Shown piece by piece: positions 1 through 8,074 of a stretch of DNA of 64,000 nucleotides. Each line of letters opens with the position of its first letter. Within the stretch, counting starts at the first letter, position 1. The stretch covers positions 17,341-81,340 of the IMG/VR virus record IMGVR_UViG_3300031823_000004, one strand, 5' to 3'. The DNA is from a virus. The notes below the pieces were generated by a model. The model had not been told where the DNA came from. It ran no database searches and was given only the letters and a program-made list of their open reading frames with translations. The position numbers and the translations under genes are program-made.

Positions 1-120
1 CGCATCGCCGAACAGTCCGTTACCGACCGGCAGCCGGATGTCGCGGCAGCACAGGCCTGGATCACCGCAATGCGTGCAGAGGGCTTTCTGCACCGGCGAC
101 AGTTCGGGAAGATCTGTCAC
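1..120 (-). CDS. Partial Cys-cluster protein (YkgJ/CxxCxxCC-like), runs off the window edge
   Basis: GTG at 120 overlaps the TGA of the methyltransferase (GTGA). My translation reads MTDLPELSPVQKALCTHCGDPGLCCRDIRLP..., with a CxxC...CC motif. Confidence 0.5.
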   Translation of the reverse strand, partial: MTDLPELSPVQKALCTHCGDPGLCCRDIRLPVGNGLFGDA

Positions 121-746
121 GGCTCGACCTTCCACGCCGGCGGCAGGATCTTCTGCAACACCAGGGTAATTTCGTACTGGCCTTGCGGGTGGAGAGACGG
201 CGACAGGTCGTACCGGTACCCGGCATCCTCGTCGCGCAGCACCCGCACCCGGTAGGTGTTCGGCTCCAGCACCGACTCTACGGTTAGCATGAGCGACCAC
301 GGCGTATAGGACCGTTTGTGCTCGCCGGACCATCGTGACGGCGGTACCGTGCAGCGGCGTTCGTACAGATAGGCGTGCGGCACGAACAGCACGACATGTC
401 CGCCGATCCGGAGCACCCGGAACCACTCGACCAGGCATTCTTCCGGGTTATCGACGTGCTCCAGTACGTGCGAGGCATGCACCGCGTCGACCGTACCGCT
501 ATGGAACGGCAGATGCGTCCCGTCATAGCTGCGCAAGCCGTCCACCGTTTCGATCGTATGGCCGAACTCGACCCCAACAGCACCGTCAACGATCGGCAGG
601 GCGTCGCCCAGATCGCCGCGGTAGCCGATATCGAGCACCACGGGTCCGTCCAGATAGCGCCGCCAGAAGCCGGTGGCGCAGCGGGCGGCGTAGCCTTTGC
701 GGCTCTCCCGGCCAACCGGCCGGTTCGGGTCGAAGATTCGGTTCAT
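117..746 (-). CDS. Class I SAM-dependent methyltransferase (Methyltransf_11-like)
   Basis: VLDIGYRG motif I and LPF..GTVDAVHASHVLEHV..P..CLVEWFRVLRIGGHVVLFVP. Start moved to ATG 746 (MNRIF). Confidence 0.85.
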   Translation of the reverse strand: MNRIFDPNRPVGRESRKGYAARCATGFWRRYLDGPVVLDIGYRGDLGDALPIVDGAVGVEFGHTIETVDGLRSYDGTHLPFHSGTVDAVHASHVLEHVDNPEECLVEWFRVLRIGGHVVLFVPHAYLYERRCTVPPSRWSGEHKRSYTPWSLMLTVESVLEPNTYRVRVLRDEDAGYRYDLSPSLHPQGQYEITLVLQKILPPAWKVEP

Positions 747-791
747 AGGGGCAGGTCTCCTGTACACCGGAAGCCTACTGCAACTGTATCG

Positions 792-820
792 TTGACACCA
801 GTATTTTAATAATGCATGAT
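792..820 (+). promoter_or_regulatory. Sigma70-type promoter upstream of the MarR gene
   Basis: TTGACA (792-797), 17-nt spacer, CATGAT (815-820). Confidence 0.55.
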
Positions 821-927
821 GCTGACGCCCGGGGTCGTCCCGGTCTCTTGGACAAACTAGGCGGGAGGAGAGCCACGATAGGGCCTCCAACGCTCCTCCC
901 GCCCTTTTCCTGAAGGACACCGTACGC

Positions 928-1206
928 GTGCGCAAGCAGGTCGCTAAGCTGGTACAGAGTGGGTGCGATCTCGGTCTGCGCCAAATCCACGTCGTATTCG
1001 AATGCCTGGACAACCCGCGTACGGTCAAGCAGCTATCTGAAAGCGGCAACGGGAAATTCGACAAACCGGCAGTGTCCCGGGCGGTGCAGCGGCTGCGCGA
1101 ATTGGGCTATGTCGAGCGGCGCGAGCACCCCGATGACCGGCGCAGCGTCCTGGTGTCCCTGACGCCGGCAGGCAGAACCTTCGCCAAGAATATCGCCAAG
1201 GAATAG
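928..1206 (+). CDS. MarR-family winged-helix regulator
   Basis: KPAVSRAVQRLRELGYVERREHPDDRRSVLVSLTPAG is a classic MarR helix and wing. The start is uncertain. Confidence 0.85.
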   Translation: MRKQVAKLVQSGCDLGLRQIHVVFECLDNPRTVKQLSESGNGKFDKPAVSRAVQRLRELGYVERREHPDDRRSVLVSLTPAGRTFAKNIAKE

Positions 1207-1207
1207 C

Positions 1208-1699
1208 CTACGGGCCGCCAGCGGCCATTCCGATCCGGGCCAGACGGTACATCCAGCCGCCACCGTTGTCTGGCCACTCGACATCGTCGACGTACCCCAG
1301 CGCACGTTGTTCCAGAACGCGGGCAGTGAGTTCGTTCGTGTCGGTGTCGGCCTGTACAGCGCCCATCGTCTGGGGGCCGATGATCCCATCGTCATCAACA
1401 CCTAGCGCGCGCTGAAGCGCTTCCGCGCCGCCGCCGTTAACGATGCCGTCGAATACCGCCAGGCAGAGTGGCCAGGGCATCTCGTCGCAATGGTTCGGCA
1501 ACCACATGTTGGTGCGGTACCAGGCTGTTGCTGTCGCCTGCGTGAGGTTCGCCACGTCAACATCAGGATGCTGCACCTGCGAAATGCCGAATTTGGTCAA
1601 ACCGCCGTCCGGGTCCGTGGTCAAATTGTCGCTCTCGGGCCCCTCCAGGTCGAAGATCAGCAGCATGATCGAGGGGAAGCGATCGACAGTGGTGCTCAT
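1208..1699 (-). CDS. Endolysin, glycoside hydrolase family 108 with peptidoglycan-binding segment
   Basis: EG...DPDGGLTKFGIS catalytic region, AVFDGIVNGG, and LQRALGVDDDGIIGPQT. Confidence 0.85.
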   Translation of the reverse strand: MSTTVDRFPSIMLLIFDLEGPESDNLTTDPDGGLTKFGISQVQHPDVDVANLTQATATAWYRTNMWLPNHCDEMPWPLCLAVFDGIVNGGGAEALQRALGVDDDGIIGPQTMGAVQADTDTNELTARVLEQRALGYVDDVEWPDNGGGWMYRLARIGMAAGGP

Positions 1700-1896
1700 G
1701 AGTCTGATCCTTTGTCGTGGGCTTGATTGAGCCGGTGGTTGTCGAGAATGCGCCGGATCAGGTCGGCAACTGAAATCCCAAGGGTCCGGGCTTCGACTCG
1801 GAGATAGGCGTCCTGCGGCTGGGTCACCAGGAGAGAATAGCGCTTTTTGGTGCTAGTTCGGTGTGATTTCGCCGCTTCATGTATCCTGGATGACAT
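1696..1896 (-). CDS. Ribbon-helix-helix DNA-binding protein
   Basis: RYSLLVT strand followed by YLRVEARTLGISVADLIRRILD. 4-nt overlap with the endolysin start. Confidence 0.65.
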   Translation of the reverse strand: MSSRIHEAAKSHRTSTKKRYSLLVTQPQDAYLRVEARTLGISVADLIRRILDNHRLNQAHDKGSDS

Positions 1897-1911
1897 CTGC
1901 CTACCACTTCA

Positions 1912-1940
1912 TTGCATCAGCCTTGCGGCAGCCCTATACT
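1912..1940 (+). promoter_or_regulatory. Sigma70-type promoter
   Basis: TTGCAT-N17-TATACT upstream of ORF 1988. Confidence 0.5.
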
Positions 1941-1987
1941 ATATTCGCGCTCACTAGATGCAAGCTCCGTGATGGGGAGGGCTTCCG

Positions 1988-2944
1988 GTGTCCGATACAT
2001 ACGCCCACGATCGCCAGCACGACGCTGACATAGCCAGGTTGCTGGTCGAGGTTGCTGAAATCCGGTCGCGTATAAACGCGCAGGGCACCTCCAATATCCC
2101 GATTCCCGATCCATCCGAGATCACTGCGCGGGCGATTGCCACAGCCAAAGAAGAATTGCGCGGTGAGTTCGACGACAAGCTGAAAGCGATAGGCGACCTG
2201 TCCGCCTATCGCTACGACGAACGGACGCGCGTACTGGAGGCAACCCGGCAATCCATAGCCCAACAGTACGATTCACTGTCAACCATGACGGATCAGAAAC
2301 TGCATGCGGTCGACTTGCAGTTTGCGGCTGTCGACATGCGCTTTTCGGAGCGCGATGTACGCGTCAAGATGACACAGGAAACAACGATGTCCGCGCTTAG
2401 CACAGCGCTGGCGTCTCAAAAGGAACTTGCTACACTGGTGCAGGGGACAACCACCGAAGCGATTCAGAAAAGTGAAACAGCGTTTACCACGCGTATCAGT
2501 GCGCTGGAAACACTGCTGAATGCGACAAAAGACGGTTTCACTGATCGGATGGCCGAATTAAACAATCGGATGAACCGCACGGAGGGCGGCCAAACGGGAG
2601 CGCAGATCGGCACGCACAACATACTCGGTATCATTGGCGGGATAGTTGGAATAATCAGCTTGCTTCTGTCGATAGCGATTTTCGCGCTCGGCTCCGATCA
2701 TCTTCCCGCTGGCATTGCGCCGGTTGGCATTGACTCAAAGCGCGTCGATGACCTTACAGCCCGGCTGAACGCCTTGTCGCAGCGATTGGATTCTATACCG
2801 ACATCACCAGCGGCAGCAGCACCGACATACGCCTCTCCAACTTACGTTTTACCGCCGCAGGCTGCACCAACTTACGTGTCACCCTTCGCGTTGCCGCCAC
2901 AGGCTACACCGGTGCAGCCAACACCAGCACAGCCTAGCAAATAA
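1988..2944 (+). CDS. Coiled-coil protein with one C-proximal transmembrane helix (lysis-region membrane protein)
   Basis: GGGGAGG RBS, long heptad-rich region, TM ILGIIGGIVGIISLLLSIAIFAL, Pro-rich tail. Confidence 0.7.
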   Translation: MSDTYAHDRQHDADIARLLVEVAEIRSRINAQGTSNIPIPDPSEITARAIATAKEELRGEFDDKLKAIGDLSAYRYDERTRVLEATRQSIAQQYDSLSTMTDQKLHAVDLQFAAVDMRFSERDVRVKMTQETTMSALSTALASQKELATLVQGTTTEAIQKSETAFTTRISALETLLNATKDGFTDRMAELNNRMNRTEGGQTGAQIGTHNILGIIGGIVGIISLLLSIAIFALGSDHLPAGIAPVGIDSKRVDDLTARLNALSQRLDSIPTSPAAAAPTYASPTYVLPPQAAPTYVSPFALPPQATPVQPTPAQPSK

Positions 2945-2957
2945 GGAGTACGCCGTT

Positions 2958-3140
2958 ATGCAAGAGCGCGCAATCGTCTGGTTCGTCATCGCATGGCTCG
3001 CCTGCTGGGATATCGACCTGCTGATCGTCATCGCCCGCGGGCCGCTGCTGATCGACCCGATACTGAAATTCATTGTCGTCACGATCGCCCTGGTCATGGT
3101 GTTGTGGAGCATGATGCGAAATCACTGGCTTTTCCCTTGA
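2958..3140 (+). CDS. Small two-TM membrane protein (holin candidate)
   Basis: TAAGGAG RBS, 60 aa with two hydrophobic segments, near the endolysin. Confidence 0.55.
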   Translation: MQERAIVWFVIAWLACWDIDLLIVIARGPLLIDPILKFIVVTIALVMVLWSMMRNHWLFP

Positions 3141-3165
3141 CACTCGCATTCAGAGTGATTACTTA
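3137..3165 (+). promoter_or_regulatory. Sigma70 promoter for the putative sRNA
   Basis: TTGACA (3137-3142)-N17-TACTTA (3160-3165). Confidence 0.6.
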
Positions 3166-3170
3166 TGGCA

Positions 3171-3271
3171 TCGCGAAGCCTAGGCAGCTTCGCAACGGAA
3201 TGCTTGGATAGTTTCCTCCCTGACTAAACACCTTACGCAGCCCCTTCCTCCCTGGGTGGGGCTGCTTTTTT
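3171..3271 (+). ncRNA. Putative ~100-nt trans-acting sRNA with two UUCCUCCCUG anti-SD motifs
   Basis: Own promoter, 5' hairpin GCGAAGC/GCTTCGC, TTCCTCCCTG at 3213 and 3245, ends in an intrinsic terminator, no credible ORF. Confidence 0.6.
3237..3271 (+). terminator. Rho-independent terminator
   Basis: GCAGCCCC/GGGGCTGC stem followed by TTTTTT. Confidence 0.85.
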
Positions 3272-3278
3272 GTGTGCA

Positions 3279-3307
3279 TTGCGCGTCAATCGTGATGCGT
3301 CTATGAT
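3279..3307 (+). promoter_or_regulatory. Sigma70-type promoter for the 3334-7435 cluster
   Basis: TTGCGC-N17-TATGAT. Confidence 0.5.
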
Positions 3308-3333
3308 GGCGTATTGCGGCAAGGGAGACGGCC

Positions 3334-3501
3334 ATGCCATTCGACGCGTGTCCTGACAACTGGGACGAAAAGCCTGAACGGACGCCCGAAGAACCCGAAA
3401 CCGAAGGGTTCTTTTTACAGATTTTCCTGGCAACCTGCGTCATTCTCGCGATGCTGCCGTTCGCGCTGATGATCGCGTCGCCGCTAAGACTGCTGCCGTG
3501 A
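3334..3501 (+). CDS. Small membrane protein (55 aa)
   Basis: GGGAG RBS, acidic N-terminus then TM FFLQIFLATCVILAMLPFALMIA, GTGA overlap with the next gene. Confidence 0.6.
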   Translation: MPFDACPDNWDEKPERTPEEPETEGFFLQIFLATCVILAMLPFALMIASPLRLLP

Positions 3502-4208
3502 GCAAGCGCACTGTTCTCGCCGTCAGCGTCCTGGCGCTGATTTACGGCAGCACCGTCGCCATGTTCGTCCTGTCGAGACCGGACGTCATGGCGGACACCG
3601 CACCGCCACCGGCTGTCGAAGTACCGGTACCCGCTGTCCCGGCTCCAGCGGCACCATCCCAGCAGCAGATCGACGCGCTGAAACAGGCGTACCAGGCGGC
3701 CGTCGCAGCGAAAGCGGCGCAGGCACCGGTTGTCGCCGTGGCTGCGCCGAACAGCACCTTGCTCGACGTCACCACCGTGCTCCAGCCTGTGCTGGAGATG
3801 ATCGCGCTGGTGATCGCCGGGCTGATCACACGCTATGTGCCGCGCGCCCTCGATGCGATGGAAAAGCGCACCGGCATTCAACTGACCGACCAGCAGCGCG
3901 CCAAGGTGCTGGGGGCAGTGCAGACTGCGGCGGGCATAGTCGAGACCGATATCGACCGGAAAGCCATGTCGCTGGCACAGGTCCATGTGGACGACCCGGT
4001 CATCCGGGCACAGGCAGCCGCAGTGATTGCGGCTGTACCGCAGGCAGCGGCAGCCCTTGGCGTAACCGAGGCAGGCGTGGCCAGGATGATCGTCGGCGCA
4101 GCGAACACCGGCCCACGCGCCGCTCCAGTACAGCCCCAGCCAGCACAGGCCGCACCAAACCCTTTAGCCGGGGCGCCGGGCGGCTCGTTCGTGAACCCGC
4201 CACTGTAA
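3498..4208 (+). CDS. Membrane protein, holin-like
   Basis: N-terminal signal/TM, second TM VLEMIALVIAGLI, then a TGIQLTDQQRAKV...VQTAAG helical region resembling phage holin-like proteins. Confidence 0.6.
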   Translation: MSKRTVLAVSVLALIYGSTVAMFVLSRPDVMADTAPPPAVEVPVPAVPAPAAPSQQQIDALKQAYQAAVAAKAAQAPVVAVAAPNSTLLDVTTVLQPVLEMIALVIAGLITRYVPRALDAMEKRTGIQLTDQQRAKVLGAVQTAAGIVETDIDRKAMSLAQVHVDDPVIRAQAAAVIAAVPQAAAALGVTEAGVARMIVGAANTGPRAAPVQPQPAQAAPNPLAGAPGGSFVNPPL

Positions 4209-4222
4209 AGCAGGAGACGCCT

Positions 4223-4597
4223 ATGTCAGATTTGGCCGCAAGTGGAGGCGGTGGCGCTGCCCCTAGCACAGTCATGGTTTCAGTTGGCGGTGGCGGCGGC
4301 AGTGCCGATAGTGGTGGAAGTGTCGGTGGTGGTGGCAGTGGCGGCGGCTGGGGTACTGGTGTCGTCGGTGGCGGGCCGCTGACTGCTACGCCATCGGCCG
4401 TGCCTGTTTCAACCCCAGTCACTCACGCTGACGCGGTGGCGGCGATCTTCACACGCCTGAATGCGCTCAGTGAAGCGACGGCGGCCGAGATTGCCAGTAT
4501 CAAGGCGGATGTCAGCAAGCTGCCGACACTGCTTGACCAGAACCTCGCAGCCGGGTTTGCGTCACTGCGCAGCAGCCTGACTGCGAAAAGCGGCTGA
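4223..4597 (+). CDS. Hypothetical protein, Gly-rich N-terminus and amphipathic C-terminus
   Basis: AGGAG RBS, operon context. Confidence 0.6.
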   Translation: MSDLAASGGGGAAPSTVMVSVGGGGGSADSGGSVGGGGSGGGWGTGVVGGGPLTATPSAVPVSTPVTHADAVAAIFTRLNALSEATAAEIASIKADVSKLPTLLDQNLAAGFASLRSSLTAKSG

Positions 4598-4625
4598 CCC
4601 AGCGTCTCTTGAAAGGATCCCAGAC

Positions 4626-5009
4626 ATGACCATCCCCCTGTCCACAATCATTGCCGACACCCAGCTAATCGCGGGTGCGGTGCAGACGGCAACATCCACG
4701 CTGTCTCTGTTTCCGGGCATCAATCCGACGATGGTTGCCAACGTGAACACGGCCGTCAGCGCGTTGCAGGCGACGCTGGCGGCGTTGCAGACCGCGACAA
4801 CGGCGACCGCGGCGCAGCCGCTGATCCAGCAGGTCGAGGCGGCCATCAACGCGATCGTCGGCGCCGTCGCGGGGATCCCAGGCCTGCCGCTGGAAGTCAC
4901 GCTGGCTTTGGACGCGGCTATCATCCTGCTGCCCATTATCGAGGCGGCGGTCAATCAGATCGTCACCCCTACGCCAGCGGCAGCGCGCGCATCACTGTCC
5001 GTGCTATAA
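4626..5009 (+). CDS. Hydrophobic all-helical hypothetical protein
   Basis: AAGGA RBS, Ala/Thr/Ile-rich with almost no basic residues. Confidence 0.65.
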   Translation: MTIPLSTIIADTQLIAGAVQTATSTLSLFPGINPTMVANVNTAVSALQATLAALQTATTATAAQPLIQQVEAAINAIVGAVAGIPGLPLEVTLALDAAIILLPIIEAAVNQIVTPTPAAARASLSVL

Positions 5010-5046
5010 GCCTCGATAGCCAGCTTACGGCTTAACTGGAGGAACG

Positions 5047-6087
5047 ATGCATAACTATCTGAAGCGCCACCCGTCGCCCCCGACGTCGTGGACGATCCCG
5101 GAACTCTGTGCAGCGTACGACCTGCCGATAAAGCAGGTGAACCACGCCATCATCGCCATCGTGGAACTTGGCGGCGGCTACCGTCTGTCCGACGTTGCAC
5201 AGGCCTTCGCCACAATGCATCTGCCGGCGCCGAACATCGTCGATGTCTCGGTCGACGGCACCACGAACAATCCTGGCAGGAGCGATGCCGACGGCGAGGT
5301 GGCGCTCGATATCCAGATTGCCGGTGCGGTGAATGCGTACATGACCAGCGCGCCTGCCGAGATCCGCATGTACTGGGCGCGGGATATCGGCGCCGCGGTC
5401 GCGAAGGCGGCAGCCGATGGCTGCGACGTTTGCTCGATCTCATGGGGCGCGGACGAAGCGGAGTGGGGTCTCGCCGCGGCGACAGCGATGGAAACCATCG
5501 CCGCGCAGGCCACGGCGATGGGCATGGTGGTGTTCGCCGCGGCAGGCGACAACGACTCCAGCGACGGCGGGCCCACCCCGGCCAATGTGGATTGTCCGGG
5601 CTCCTGTCCGCACGTCATCTGCTGCGGCGGCACCAGCAAGCCCAAGGGTGGCGAGGAAACCGTCTGGAACGACAACCCCGGCCAAACCAACGGTGAAGGC
5701 ACCGGCGGCGGCTTCTCGACCTTGTTCGTCAAGCAGGCGTGGCAGATTGGCATTCCGGCAGCACCCACCGGGCTCGGCCGCATGGTGCCGGACGTTGCGG
5801 CAAACGCCGATCCGCGCACCGGTTATGAGATCGTGCTCGACGGACAGGTGCAGATTTTCGGCGGCACCTCGGCGGTGGCACCGTTCTGGGCTGGGATGGT
5901 TGCAGCCTGCGGCAGCAAGCTGGGGTTCATCACGCCGGACTTCTACAAGAACCCCCGTGCGTTCGTCGATATCGTCACGGGCAGCAACGGTGCGTACGAC
6001 GCACAGGTCGGGCCCGACGCATGCACAGGCATGGGCGTGCCGGTCGGCGTTTCCATCGAGTCGGTCATCGACACCGGAACAGTATGA
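5047..6087 (+). CDS. Sedolisin/kumamolisin (peptidase S53) catalytic domain
   Basis: IVELGGGY, GEVALDIQ (Glu/Asp), SISWG, AAAGDND (oxyanion Asp), RMVPDVAANADP, GGTSAVAP (Ser), and C-terminal Ca site GPDACTGMGVP. Confidence 0.92.
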   Translation: MHNYLKRHPSPPTSWTIPELCAAYDLPIKQVNHAIIAIVELGGGYRLSDVAQAFATMHLPAPNIVDVSVDGTTNNPGRSDADGEVALDIQIAGAVNAYMTSAPAEIRMYWARDIGAAVAKAAADGCDVCSISWGADEAEWGLAAATAMETIAAQATAMGMVVFAAAGDNDSSDGGPTPANVDCPGSCPHVICCGGTSKPKGGEETVWNDNPGQTNGEGTGGGFSTLFVKQAWQIGIPAAPTGLGRMVPDVAANADPRTGYEIVLDGQVQIFGGTSAVAPFWAGMVAACGSKLGFITPDFYKNPRAFVDIVTGSNGAYDAQVGPDACTGMGVPVGVSIESVIDTGTV

Positions 6088-6746
6088 CCGCGCCAGTCTA
6101 TGTCGTAGGGCACAGCCTCGGCGCGTCCGCGGCTGGGCTCTATGCCGTCTCCCGGTGGCAGCGTAAGCTGCCGGTGGACGGCGTCTATCTGTTCGGCTGC
6201 CCGCGACCAGGCAACGCCGCGCTGAAGTCGAAAGCCCCACCATGCCTTTGGCGCAGCATCCGGAACTACTGCGGCCGATTTCCGGATTATGATTTGGTGA
6301 CAGCGGTGCCGTTCGATGTCGAGCCAGAACTCGACTACGCGCAGATGGCGCCGTTTGAAGAAATCAATGAACCGCCCCTTTTGACAGACCCGTGGGGGCC
6401 GTTTCGCTTTCACCATTCGACGCTGTATCAGGCCGGGTGCCGCAAGCTGCCGCCTGATCCAACAAACCCAGCAGCAACGATCGTTGAAGCGATCGACGCG
6501 GTGCAGGATCTTTACGACCAGACTGGCGCGTGGGACTGGCGGCATCCGATGGACGGCCAGTACTGGTCGATGCGTAAGAATGCGGCTGGCGCCCGGCTTA
6601 TGATCGCTCGCGGCAGCACGACTGGTATTGACTGGATCCATGACCTGGAAACCTGGCAGCAGTACTTTTACGGTGCGCGTGCGTCTGTGGGCTTCCTGAA
6701 AGATGTTCTGCCAGCCGAAGCCGAACTTGACGCTGCACTGGTATAA
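6084..6746 (+). CDS. Class-3 lipase-like alpha/beta hydrolase, circularly permuted
   Basis: VYVVGHSLGAS, YLFGCPRPGN, DLVTAVP, HH, and C-terminal IARGSTTGIDWIHDL...GF. ATGA overlap with the S53 gene. Confidence 0.8.
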   Translation: MTAPVYVVGHSLGASAAGLYAVSRWQRKLPVDGVYLFGCPRPGNAALKSKAPPCLWRSIRNYCGRFPDYDLVTAVPFDVEPELDYAQMAPFEEINEPPLLTDPWGPFRFHHSTLYQAGCRKLPPDPTNPAATIVEAIDAVQDLYDQTGAWDWRHPMDGQYWSMRKNAAGARLMIARGSTTGIDWIHDLETWQQYFYGARASVGFLKDVLPAEAELDAALV

Positions 6747-6786
6747 GTGCGACAAGCCACTCGTCTCCTGGAGGATCTGAAACGCT

Positions 6787-7215
6787 ATGTCGGATCGCCC
6801 TGATTTCGGTATTTTCGACCCGCGCATCGGTCAGATCCTGAACATCGTCCAGGGGATGCAGACCAGCTTAACCGCTCTCTCAACACAGGTGAAAGCCATG
6901 AGCACGACCGTCTCCACCGACATTGCCAATCTTTCGGCCAGCGTTGCAACCCTGTCCACCAACGTCGCCAATCTGGGCACCGCGGTGACCAATGAGACGT
7001 CGGTCATCGCCTCGGCGATCACCAGTCTTCAGGGCGTCGTCACCAGCGCCGGTGACACCCTGACGCCTGCCGACAAGACGACCTTGGAGTCTGCCATCGC
7101 AGCACTCGATACGGCAAACACGAACATCACCGCAGCGTCGACGTCGATCACGAATGAAGCTGGTAGCTTGAGTGCAGCCATGACGCCGCCAGCCGCACCG
7201 GCACCGTCGGCCTAA
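6787..7215 (+). CDS. Thr/Ser/Ala-rich coiled-coil hypothetical protein
   Basis: GGAGG upstream, heptad pattern. Confidence 0.65.
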   Translation: MSDRPDFGIFDPRIGQILNIVQGMQTSLTALSTQVKAMSTTVSTDIANLSASVATLSTNVANLGTAVTNETSVIASAITSLQGVVTSAGDTLTPADKTTLESAIAALDTANTNITAASTSITNEAGSLSAAMTPPAAPAPSA

Positions 7216-7216
7216 A

Positions 7217-7435
7217 ATGACCGGGACAGAATCGCTTTACGTCGTAGAGCGGCGATCTGACCCGACACGTACGGCTGGCGGCGGATGGGTGAAAGACAAT
7301 CAAGGAACATGGTGGCGCGTCGTTGACGCCTTCGGCCCCTGCGGCACAGGCGACATACGCGCCACCATCGATGAAAACGGCCGGATGCAGCGGCAGTATC
7401 TATGCTTGGGCCATAAAACCGCTGTTGTTCCATAG
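7217..7435 (+). CDS. Hypothetical protein
   Basis: Starts 1 nt after the upstream stop; overlaps the convergent gene. Confidence 0.45.
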   Translation: MTGTESLYVVERRSDPTRTAGGGWVKDNQGTWWRVVDAFGPCGTGDIRATIDENGRMQRQYLCLGHKTAVVP

Positions 7436-8011
7436 TTCAAGCGACCCGGCACCCGGGTTGCTAAGCGGCAGGTAGCCCGCACCGTAAATCAGCAAGTACG
7501 TTGGCGATATGTTCGCCAGGTACGTCGGCGGCGCAAGCGGGTTTGGCGTCACGCCCGGCACGATGCCGATAAGCCCGCTTGCACCGCCAGCCCACCACAC
7601 TGCACCCGGCCACAGACTGCCCGATGATGTCGGCAGGCCTGGATTGGTCGGCGCGACGATAAACCCACCGCTGACCTGGAACGGCGGCCCGGGCGACGGC
7701 ACAATCGACACGGCACCTGGCGGTATCTGGATAAGCAGACCGTTCTCAGTTACCAGGGCGGCCGACGCGAGCCCAGCGAACAGTGGATTGTGGTTCAGAT
7801 CACTGATACCGAGGGACGTCAGCGTACCCCACGTCCCGGACACCGGCCCAAAAATGCATAGCGTGTTGCTAACGAGTGTACCCTCGTTGACCACGTCGAA
7901 GCTGATCGGCTGTGAATGGTAGTTCGCAAAGGATGGCGGCGTCGTCACCTCGTTTCCGGTGACCGCGGTTCCCAGATCGAGATATCCGTTAAGGCTGCCC
8001 ATGAACCGCAT
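7400..8011 (-). CDS. Virion accessory/fibre-associated protein, paralog of 32116-32979
   Basis: EVT...YHSQPISF...SN...FGPVSGTWGTLTSLGISD matches EVS..YARVQV...TN..IAF..ATASWGTVVAFGLYD. Start at ATG 8011 or 8002. Confidence 0.6.
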   Translation of the reverse strand: MRFMGSLNGYLDLGTAVTGNEVTTPPSFANYHSQPISFDVVNEGTLVSNTLCIFGPVSGTWGTLTSLGISDLNHNPLFAGLASAALVTENGLLIQIPPGAVSIVPSPGPPFQVSGGFIVAPTNPGLPTSSGSLWPGAVWWAGGASGLIGIVPGVTPNPLAPPTYLANISPTYLLIYGAGYLPLSNPGAGSLELWNNSGFMAQA

Positions 8012-8074
8012 GCTATCGGCACGCGGATCGCCGCCCCATGCCGTCCGCACGAAGGCGCGTGGTAGCATCACTGC

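Noticed and set aside
878-913. ATA-initiated leader frameshifting into MarR at CCCTTTT
   Set aside because: The slippery run is not in canonical phase for -1 slippage; too speculative.
747-1064. N-terminal extension of the methyltransferase ORF
   Set aside because: It overlaps the MarR gene and its promoter; the recognisable protein begins at ATG 746.
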